Shown here in pieces: positions 1-7,512 of a stretch of DNA of 31,545 nt (position 1 is the stretch's first letter; each line of letters starts with the position of its first letter). A program made the translations under genes and the position numbers. The stretch is from a virus (taxonomy: Duplodnaviria; Caudoviricetes). The notes beneath the pieces were generated by a model, which searched no databases, had not been told where the DNA came from, and worked only from the letters and a program-made list of their open reading frames with translations. The stretch spans positions 1-31,545 of IMG/VR virus record IMGVR_UViG_3300005805_000296. One strand, written 5' to 3'.

Positions 1-3000
1 GGGCACCCGCTACCGAATCGCCAAGTTGTGGTCCGGCAGCTTTTATTTGATCAATTGCCTTCGGGGAGTCAACACCTGTTTTAATTCCTAGTGAATCAAG
101 CTGACTAACATAATCAAAAACGTGCCCAATTTCGTGATATGTCTCTCCGACTTTGCTCAATTTTGAAGACCTGGAGATATCCGATACGGAATTTGCGGTT
201 GCTACTCCATAGTTGGGGTGGTTAGAGATTTCAACTTCCCTTGGGTTTATGTTCATGTCCACCTTGGGGACAAGTTTTCCGTTGAGCGAAACTATTGAAG
301 CCTTGTTGCGCTCCCGTCCGCCGTCGACAACCCTAAAATCAATTATCGATCCCGAAAGTTCCGGCATTCTTTGAGTAGATTTTCTTACTGCCGCAAGGGA
401 TGCAAGAATCTGATCTTGTATTCGCTGCTTGCGAGACATAACAAATGCATCTGGATCGCTTTTTCTTAAAGCTTCATCTTTGCGTATTGAGTCGAGTTCT
501 TGCAGCGAAATTTGATTTTTTGCCAAAAGAACTTTTACGGTCTCATCGAGCGACATTCCCGGATATGCAAGCTCTGCTATTTTTTCTTCATTTCTAGGGT
601 TTGTTCTATCTTTTCTTATTTGGTCTTGAAGTTTTGTTATTTCCGTAATTCGAGAAGAGTTATTTTCAATATTGAATTTATATTTTTCTTCTAAGTTTTT
701 CGTATTATTCGAATTCAATTTTTTGGCAGCTCTATTCGACTGGGAGTATTTTCTCTCCACCTGATTCGCTATTCTTTTTCCGGAAATATTGTTGATTACA
801 CCGTCTTCCGAATCGCCATCAATTTGCGCAACAACGACACTGGCCGCGTCGGCAATTCTTTCCAAAACGTTGTCCGCCTCAATGAGTACCTGACCGTCTT
901 GTATGATGTCATCAAGACCAACTGAGTTATTGATTATTCCTGCAGTGGAGATCAAATCGATGACGTCTGTATCTATTTTTTCTGAAGCTTTTTTCCCATC
1001 AAACGACACTGGCATCAGATCCGAATTTCGTGGTCTATGTTCGTAAATATTTTTTGTCTGTCCAGCAAGAGCTCCGGTTAATCCTGTAGAAACCGACCTT
1101 CCCACTTGCCTTCTTGATGTCATTGGGCCAGTAAGACTGCCACCCGGTGGTGGAGTTCTAGAACCAGACCTTGGCATAAACCTTGAAATGAGTCCACCTC
1201 TCGGTGATGGCGCTCTCGCTGGACCGCCAGGGCTAGGGGCGATCACCCCCGGTGCTCCGGGCGGAACTACGGCTGCACTGATTGAACTTCTACCAGTTGC
1301 ATCATTGCGTTCATGAAATTTATCTCTGGTTCGCCCACCCGGACCATAAAAAACATTATTTAAAGCTTCGTAAACTTGATTTTCTATTTCTGCTTCTGTG
1401 TCTGGCGATGGGTACACGGATGGGTTTTCTGCTTGGTATATGGCGTGCTCTCTAGCAAAACTTTTTACAGCCTGTGGGCCATGTAGTCGTATTACCGCAT
1501 ATGCCTCTGGCCTTGCCTCAAGAGGTCCTCCTTCGTTGCCATATTTTGTTCCCGCAAATCTCGCAAGAAGTTCTAGTTGTTCTGGTGATCCACCAAGGTC
1601 ATTTATGAATTCGCCGAAAAATGCTTGATAAAACTCTGAAACTGATTCTTTATAATCCTTAACCGTTCTTCTTACTCTTTGCCCGCTCGCCAGAGTTTCC
1701 ATTCTGTTTCCGCTTTGGAATGCTTCAATTCTCGCAACCATCGCCTGAAGTCTTGCAATGCTCGGAGATCCGGTCGGATTGCTTATATTTCTTAAATCAA
1801 TATTCCATTCACCCCTACTGTTTTGAACCAAAGTTGCTGGATCAAAACCAATATTGCTCAGTGCGCGAGCAAAGTGCGCCAAGTGACCGAATTCGTGAGT
1901 GCCCGTATAAGCACCTGCTGACCGCATGGTTCCGCCCTCGCCGTGCCCAAAAAAGAATTCTTCGCCCCCACCGTTTTTTGCCGTGTAGTACGCAGCAACA
2001 GGATTGAAATTCATTTGTACTTGAAACCCGGATTCGGTTACGGGGGCATTCGGATTACTGGGTTGCGCCAGTTTTATGTCCCAAGCATTCTTGTAATCTG
2101 GTGGCTGAACATTTAAATGTGTAACTAGCCGCCCGGTTGATGTTGGGTTATTTGCTAATTCGAAAAACCAAGACTGAAAATACCCATCTATATAATCTTC
2201 CATTTGCACTTTTTGTAATGTCGTCAAAGGAGTATTTTCGTCGAGCATTGAATCCCAGAATTCTTCTGCTTGACTTCGATTTACGCTTGGCATTAATTCG
2301 CTAACTGCCATCAAAAAGTTTCTTTTACCCTCATTGTTTCGAGAAAAACCGGTGATGATCTGCCCGCTCGGGAGCATAAACCGTCCATCTTTGAAATCCT
2401 GGCGCATGGTCTCTGCAACACGAATCATTGACCTACCGCGTTGAATATTCTCTTTTCGACCGACAACTGCCGACCTGCCAATACCTTCTGGGTACACTCT
2501 TGCACCCGCATTCATTGCTCCGACTAATCCGTCCGCGGCTACTCTTCTGGCAAGACGAGCACCAGACGTTGCAACCCCTTTGGGTTTTATGGCTACAGGT
2601 ATTAAGCAATTCGATCCAGTTATGTCGGTAAATTGGTTTGCGTTCGGCGTTCCCGGAGGGCAACGCAATTTATTTTTGTCGTCGACCCATAATCCTCTAG
2701 ATTTTGCCACCATCGACAGCAGCGAGTAAATCGAATCTTTAATCTTTGGACCCAAAGACTTTTGGCTCATCATTTCACTGACGGCTAATTCCGATTCGTT
2801 CATCGGACCAAAACGACTAGGTTTATCTTTTACGCTCCGGTCAACTAATTTACCGTTGCCGATATCATCACAAAGGTTGATTCTAAAACCAGGTGGGATA
2901 AACGGAAGCGCATCGCCGGGTTGCCAAGAGTCCAACCATTGTTTGTATGGTTTTACGCTTACGGCCGATACTGTCGCCTTCGAAACATCTCTCGGCTTCT

Positions 3001-3184
3001 TCACCTGATCGGCTTCTTTGAATCTTATTTCTTGATTTTGTTCAATTGGTCTAAGCCTGGAAAGAACTTTGTCGACAGGGTTAAGGGATTTTCTTCGACC
3101 TCCAGAAGGGCGCTGCACTACGTGCGTGTAGGAAATGTGGCGGCCTATTGTTGGGCAACAATCAAATGGTTCTTTGTCTTCCAT
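1..3184 (-). CDS. Giant multidomain protein (>1060 aa, 3' end outside window) with two HExxH zincin-like metallopeptidase domains; probable head-packaged polyvalent protein
   Basis: Not in the ORF track because no stop lies in the window. I read the frame from ATG 3184 (MEDKEPFDCCP...) to the edge with no stop. HEFGH at 1883-1897 with downstream YGNEGGPLEARPEAY (~1499-1540), HEIGH at 122-136, Pro-rich linker ~1140-1265. Confidence 0.85.
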   Translation of the reverse strand, partial: MEDKEPFDCCPTIGRHISYTHVVQRPSGGRRKSLNPVDKVLSRLRPIEQNQEIRFKEADQVKKPRDVSKATVSAVSVKPYKQWLDSWQPGDALPFIPPGFRINLCDDIGNGKLVDRSVKDKPSRFGPMNESELAVSEMMSQKSLGPKIKDSIYSLLSMVAKSRGLWVDDKNKLRCPPGTPNANQFTDITGSNCLIPVAIKPKGVATSGARLARRVAADGLVGAMNAGARVYPEGIGRSAVVGRKENIQRGRSMIRVAETMRQDFKDGRFMLPSGQIITGFSRNNEGKRNFLMAVSELMPSVNRSQAEEFWDSMLDENTPLTTLQKVQMEDYIDGYFQSWFFELANNPTSTGRLVTHLNVQPPDYKNAWDIKLAQPSNPNAPVTESGFQVQMNFNPVAAYYTAKNGGGEEFFFGHGEGGTMRSAGAYTGTHEFGHLAHFARALSNIGFDPATLVQNSRGEWNIDLRNISNPTGSPSIARLQAMVARIEAFQSGNRMETLASGQRVRRTVKDYKESVSEFYQAFFGEFINDLGGSPEQLELLARFAGTKYGNEGGPLEARPEAYAVIRLHGPQAVKSFAREHAIYQAENPSVYPSPDTEAEIENQVYEALNNVFYGPGGRTRDKFHERNDATGRSSISAAVVPPGAPGVIAPSPGGPARAPSPRGGLISRFMPRSGSRTPPPGGSLTGPMTSRRQVGRSVSTGLTGALAGQTKNIYEHRPRNSDLMPVSFDGKKASEKIDTDVIDLISTAGIINNSVGLDDIIQDGQVLIEADNVLERIADAASVVVAQIDGDSEDGVINNISGKRIANQVERKYSQSNRAAKKLNSNNTKNLEEKYKFNIENNSSRITEITKLQDQIRKDRTNPRNEEKIAELAYPGMSLDETVKVLLAKNQISLQELDSIRKDEALRKSDPDAFVMSRKQRIQDQILASLAAVRKSTQRMPELSGSIIDFRVVDGGRERNKASIVSLNGKLVPKVDMNINPREVEISNHPNYGVATANSVSDISRSSKLSKVGETYHEIGHVFDYVSQLDSLGIKTGVDSPKAIDQIKAAGPQLGDSVAGA

Positions 3185-3239
3185 ACGGCTCTCTATACCG
3201 ACCTCATACTCAATCATCCCACATCAATTGGACAAAGAA

Positions 3240-3268
3240 ACAACACGTTGTCGTGCGGATGACCGCAC
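3240..3268 (-). terminator. Possible intrinsic terminator or hairpin after the 498-aa gene
   Basis: On the minus strand: GTGCGG-TCAT-CCGCAC (3253-3268), then ACAA-CGTG-TTGT, then TTCTTT. Starts 5 nt after the stop at 3274. Confidence 0.35.
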
Positions 3269-3273
3269 CGCGA

Positions 3274-4770
3274 TTAAGCGATTTCTGGTTTGTCGTCGCT
3301 TATTTCAGCGGAGAGCATCTCGAATTCCATGAGCGTCGAAAGGAATTGTCCTTCTTCTGCGCCCACGGTGATTGAAGACTCAGCGGACTTTTCTTGGTCC
3401 CAATTGGCCGGGATCAAATCTTCCATCTTCAAAGCTTTTGCTCTCTTCATGCAATGCATCTTTGCTGCCATTGGGTCTTTCGCGCGACCAATAGCTTGAA
3501 TGGCGTTTCTCAAATCCATTTCATTGGTAATTGGGAATGATCCATCTTCCATTGCCGTGCCTTGCTTGGCCATCATTTCTCGATCTTCTTCAGAGTAAGC
3601 GCGCTTTAAAGCAATTTCCGCTGCTTCTGATTCGATCTCGGAAGCCTCTTCTGATGTGTACTCGTCGTAGCCGAGAACATTTCCTTCGAGGTCAACAAAC
3701 ACGTCGTAAGACTTGCCGTCAATTCCTTCAATTTCTACAGCGTATGCATCCCAGCCATCAAAGATGTCTGGCTCAACGGCGACAACTTCGCCCTGAACGC
3801 TTTTTACTGCAATATCGGCAGCATCGTGGAATCCAATAATTACTCTTCCTTGATTGGCGCTCTTGAATTCGGCATTGTCCATCGGGATCTTGTGCCAACC
3901 AAAAATTTCGCCTGTTGGACCATCAACAAAAACTTCTACTGGTGTTCCGTCTTTTCTTTCAACGTCAAGAACATAGGTTTGTTTTGTGTCTGTGTATCCA
4001 GAGTCAAGAACTTTTCCGTTGATTGCTTCTTCAACAATTCCCTCTACTTCCAACAGTGAAGGCATTCCGTTTTCTGAAACACAACCGCCTGGGCAGGTAT
4101 CGCACAGCATGTGACCGCTTGGGTAAACTTTACGATCGAACTGGCAGATAAAAGGTTCGTCTTGGAAGTCGTCGGCTTTGTAACCTAATGTGGCGAGTCT
4201 TCTATTGCGCATTTTTTTGCGCATCGCCATGACATCTTCTTCCTCTTCTTCTTCATGCATGTCTTTTTCTTCGTCTTCGTCTTCCTCAACCATTGGCATT
4301 TCGCCCATCATCTTTTTCTTCTTTTTCTTGGCAACGCCAACAGCCATGGCTTGAGGATCTGGCACGTCGCCCATCATTGAAATCATTTTTTCAACATCTT
4401 CGTCGGACAGCTCGTCTTCGTCGTCTTCGTCGTCTTCAACCATGTCATCTTCGATCATGTCGTCTTCGTCTTCGTGCATGTCTTTTTCTTCATCTTCTTC
4501 GTCTGACATCATTGATGTGGCCATTGACGGCTTACGCATCGGATGTGCCATTTTTGCAGCCATAGCTTCGGCGAGCTCTTCTGGTGTCATGTCTTCATTT
4601 TCCATGTCATTGTCCTCGTCTATTTTGGCTTGAATGGCTACTGCGCCACATTTTCCGCAAATCTTAGCTCCCGCGACATAGCCGCAGGCGTTAGTTGATA
4701 GTCCCTTGGCGCACGAAATTAGTTCTCCGTTCGAACCGAGTTTTACAACTATCTGTTTCTTGTCAATCAT
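3274..4770 (-). CDS. Acidic 498-aa head-module protein: two Cys4 clusters, D/E/M-rich linker, tandem PepSY-like domains, C-terminal DUF6582-like helical domain
   Basis: PepSY-like patterns YVLDVERKDGTPVEVFVDGPTGEI and AADIAVKSVQGEVVAVE...YAVEIEGIDGKSYDVFVDLEGNVL. DGSFPITNEMDLRNAIQAIGRA resembles a phage head-associated DUF (from memory). Confidence 0.7.
   Translation of the reverse strand: MIDKKQIVVKLGSNGELISCAKGLSTNACGYVAGAKICGKCGAVAIQAKIDEDNDMENEDMTPEELAEAMAAKMAHPMRKPSMATSMMSDEEDEEKDMHEDEDDMIEDDMVEDDEDDEDELSDEDVEKMISMMGDVPDPQAMAVGVAKKKKKKMMGEMPMVEEDEDEEKDMHEEEEEEDVMAMRKKMRNRRLATLGYKADDFQDEPFICQFDRKVYPSGHMLCDTCPGGCVSENGMPSLLEVEGIVEEAINGKVLDSGYTDTKQTYVLDVERKDGTPVEVFVDGPTGEIFGWHKIPMDNAEFKSANQGRVIIGFHDAADIAVKSVQGEVVAVEPDIFDGWDAYAVEIEGIDGKSYDVFVDLEGNVLGYDEYTSEEASEIESEAAEIALKRAYSEEDREMMAKQGTAMEDGSFPITNEMDLRNAIQAIGRAKDPMAAKMHCMKRAKALKMEDLIPANWDQEKSAESSITVGAEEGQFLSTLMEFEMLSAEISDDKPEIA
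4252..4497 (-). repeat. Duplicated EDEEKDMHE-coding segment (4252-4278 and 4471-4497) within an acidic low-complexity region
   Basis: ttc[a/g]tgcatgtctttttcttc[g/a]tcttc occurs twice. Confidence 0.8.
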
Positions 4771-5228
4771 TTATTCGCCTTTTTAAACTGCATAGCGCCA
4801 GACAGGCAACCCTTAGGGTTGCCACAACCTGCGCATGGGTCCATGCGCTTTTGTCCGGAGACCATACAGTTATATTTACTTGAAACGGCCGTTAAACCGC
4901 CGTTTTTAGGATAACCCATTGCGGGCTTGTTCTGTTGCACCATTCTCGGTTTCGGCCCTAAATTCATTCGTGTGCCAGCACCTTTGAGGATGACGTCGGC
5001 TATTTCTGATATCAGGTCGTCTTCTAAGTGATCGATATCCGATATTCGAATACTCTTTTCGGTGATCGCCGTTTCAAATCCGCAATCATCTGCCAAAAGA
5101 TCGATCAATGCCTTAACAAGGTGGATTTTCTCTTGGGGTACAAAAATTTCAACATTGTTTGCGCCAAGTCTGCAATCCGTGGATTCAGCTTTCAGCTCGG
5201 AACTTAATTGTTTAAGCTGAATACTCAT
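4767..5228 (-). CDS. 153-aa head-module protein: N-terminal alpha/beta domain paralogous to an internal domain of the protease, plus C-terminal Cys4 cluster
   Basis: 4-nt ATGA overlaps with both neighbours; C-terminal CMVSGQKRMDPCAGCGNPKGC. Confidence 0.75.
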   Translation of the reverse strand: MSIQLKQLSSELKAESTDCRLGANNVEIFVPQEKIHLVKALIDLLADDCGFETAITEKSIRISDIDHLEDDLISEIADVILKGAGTRMNLGPKPRMVQQNKPAMGYPKNGGLTAVSSKYNCMVSGQKRMDPCAGCGNPKGCLSGAMQFKKANK

Positions 5229-7414
5229 ATTCCCTTAGATTTTGTTTGCCTAGCAAGGATTTGACGGACCTCGTCAAGTTTCTCTTTTCTGAGTTTTGCC
5301 ATATGTCTTTGTTCGGCTGCGCGTATTTTTTCTCTTGATGTCTTCAGTTTGTCGGCCATTTCCTGAAGGGTGGCGCCTTCCATTCGTTTTTCGTAAATCA
5401 TTTTGTCTAGCTTTTGTCTTTTACTCATTGCCCCAGTCGGCCCGTTGTTGTCATCACCATCAGACTTTGCTCGTCTCACAGCACTCAATCGTCTTTCAAG
5501 GTCTTTGATTCTCGATCTTTGTGCCTTAATTTGCTGTTTGGTATAAACCTTTAGACCGTCGCGGTTCTGCTCTGGATCTCTTGAGTCAAGCATTTTTTCA
5601 AGCTTGTAAAAAGCATCTTGAAGTTCGTCGGCTGCTTTTTTGATGTCTGGATCTTTGAGATCATTGTTAGTAAGCGCTCCCGTTAAACCAACTGGGACTC
5701 TTGGTCGTGCGGGGGTTGGTGTAGTTGGAACGGGGATCGGAGTGGGTCTCGATGGTGTCTTTGGTTTGCTTGGTTCTTTTTGTGGCACTGGTTCCGGAAC
5801 TTTTTCTGGTTGCGGAATCTCCTGGGGAACCGACGGCATCATTCTTGGTTTTGCTGGTCGTTCGTAAACCGTTCCCTCTTGAACCAAGAGGTCCCCGTCG
5901 GCGTCGCGTGCGTTGGCATCAAACCTTGCAGAAATACCACGGCCAGTGCGGCCGATCGCCCTCAGTTTCTTTTCTTCAAATTCATCAATGAGTTCAATCA
6001 GTTCCTCGTATGAACCCATATCAAGACTGTTGATATTTTTGATAGCAATTCCGACATCGAGTAACTCAACGTCTAATTCTTTTTGTCCTGAAAATTTGTT
6101 TATCTCTCCAAAGAGACCAACATCATCGGTGCTATGTACGAATAGATGCTTCCCTGGATTGTGTTGCTTGAATGTCTCCCATGATGGCATTGGCTTGCCG
6201 CACGAGTCACAACCGCAGCCGTCGCCATCGCCGCGTTTTTCTGGAGATTCATTCCAACCAAAAGCTTCAGAATTAGTGTCTGGAACATAAATCGTTCTTG
6301 GTTTTACTGGTTCGGCAGTGCCGAACATGTAGTCCACTCCGTCGGACTTATACGGAATTCTCAGTGTTTGATCTGCTCCGTCTTTTCTCATTTCGACAAC
6401 AAGGACACCAGGATCTGCGTAGGCAATTCTGCATGGGCCACCGAAGTGTCTAGTGACAGCCTGTGTCAAAAGCATTCTTTGTTGATCTTCTGGTCTAGCA
6501 AGAGTAATTGCTGCGGCGTAGGTATCGTTGAGGTGCATTTTGACCTCAATGTTCTCTTCGATTGATTTCTTTTTTGAGTTTTCGTACCTCTCAAGAAGTC
6601 TCCTGCCCTTTGCTGCAAGTTTTGCTGCATCGGAACGGTCCTGTGGAACTGGTTCACCCCATGCTGCTGCCGAAAGGGCGAGTCGAGTTGGTCTACCCTT
6701 TTCGTCTTGCATTGGGCCACGTGGATTAGTAAAAAATCTTGTAAGGAACGAGCCTTTTCGTCTCATTTTTTCTGGTGTGTCAGCAGGGCCCTTGACTCCA
6801 GGCTTTAAATTTGCGCCTTCAGTCCGCTTGAAATGCGCACGGCCAGCAGCAGTCAAACCACCCTTCGGATCCTTCAGTGGTTGATTTGCGGCTTTGATTG
6901 AAATTGTTCCGGTGAGTTGATTTGCTCCGTGAAGAACTGGGGAAACTTCATAAAGCTCAACTTCTTTCAAAAGGTTTGCTTTTTGAGCTGGATCATAAAC
7001 AGCGTCAAGGGTTTTGTAGCCGATTGACCATTCTTGTTCTTTGCCAAAAAACGTAACGTTGGCAAATGCTTCACGTCCTCTTTCCGATTTTAGGTTGAAT
7101 TGAACTCTGGCATACAGGCCGCCAACTCCACCGCTTTTCATCTTTAATGGAAGTCTTGGGTCGTTCGGGCCAACTTCAAAAATATCGAGAACTTTGCCAA
7201 TTGGTTCATTCCAATTGTGGCCCCAAACAACGCGTGGTTTTCTTCTCTTGAGACTTGCGTTGAAGGCTCCGGGCAGCACAATATCCCCAACGGAGTCCTT
7301 GTTTCCCACCGCAGCCACGAAACACTCAACTATTCCCCTTGCTTCGTCAACACTTACTTGACCCTCGAGAGCCTTGTAGTTCGCAGTTTCCGGCTGAATG
7401 CTCGTGTTCTTCAA
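5225..7414 (-). CDS. HK97-family prohead protease with a long multidomain C-terminal extension (DUF6321-like domain, Cys cluster, Pro-rich linker, coiled coil, sigma70-r4-like HTH)
   Basis: DSVGDIVLPGAF, WGHNWNEPIG (catalytic His), EWSIGY (catalytic Ser), LYEVSPVLHGAN. Directly downstream of portal. TTG start with AAGAGG RBS. Confidence 0.92.
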   Translation of the reverse strand: MKNTSIQPETANYKALEGQVSVDEARGIVECFVAAVGNKDSVGDIVLPGAFNASLKRRKPRVVWGHNWNEPIGKVLDIFEVGPNDPRLPLKMKSGGVGGLYARVQFNLKSERGREAFANVTFFGKEQEWSIGYKTLDAVYDPAQKANLLKEVELYEVSPVLHGANQLTGTISIKAANQPLKDPKGGLTAAGRAHFKRTEGANLKPGVKGPADTPEKMRRKGSFLTRFFTNPRGPMQDEKGRPTRLALSAAAWGEPVPQDRSDAAKLAAKGRRLLERYENSKKKSIEENIEVKMHLNDTYAAAITLARPEDQQRMLLTQAVTRHFGGPCRIAYADPGVLVVEMRKDGADQTLRIPYKSDGVDYMFGTAEPVKPRTIYVPDTNSEAFGWNESPEKRGDGDGCGCDSCGKPMPSWETFKQHNPGKHLFVHSTDDVGLFGEINKFSGQKELDVELLDVGIAIKNINSLDMGSYEELIELIDEFEEKKLRAIGRTGRGISARFDANARDADGDLLVQEGTVYERPAKPRMMPSVPQEIPQPEKVPEPVPQKEPSKPKTPSRPTPIPVPTTPTPARPRVPVGLTGALTNNDLKDPDIKKAADELQDAFYKLEKMLDSRDPEQNRDGLKVYTKQQIKAQRSRIKDLERRLSAVRRAKSDGDDNNGPTGAMSKRQKLDKMIYEKRMEGATLQEMADKLKTSREKIRAAEQRHMAKLRKEKLDEVRQILARQTKSKGI

Positions 7415-7446
7415 AAGATACCTCTTACGTATATATGGCTACACCT

Positions 7447-7512
7447 ATATTAAAATAAGTAAATGCTTTCTGGCGGAAGGTTTAAGTAAATTCCACCTAT
7501 TTTAAGTAAATT
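7447..7512 (-). promoter_or_regulatory. Putative promoter (-10 TAATAT at 7447-7452) with repeated TTTA-AG-TAAA boxes upstream of the protease operon
   Basis: TTTAAGTAAATT at 7481-7492 and 7501-7512, plus TAAGTAAAT at 7456-7464, in an AT-rich intergenic gap. Confidence 0.6.

Noticed and set aside
500-3499. Short ORFs in the track over the left end
   Set aside because: Nearly all are antisense shadows of the uninterrupted minus-strand ORF 3184..<1 or of the 498-aa gene; 2433..2663 is an off-frame nested ORF.
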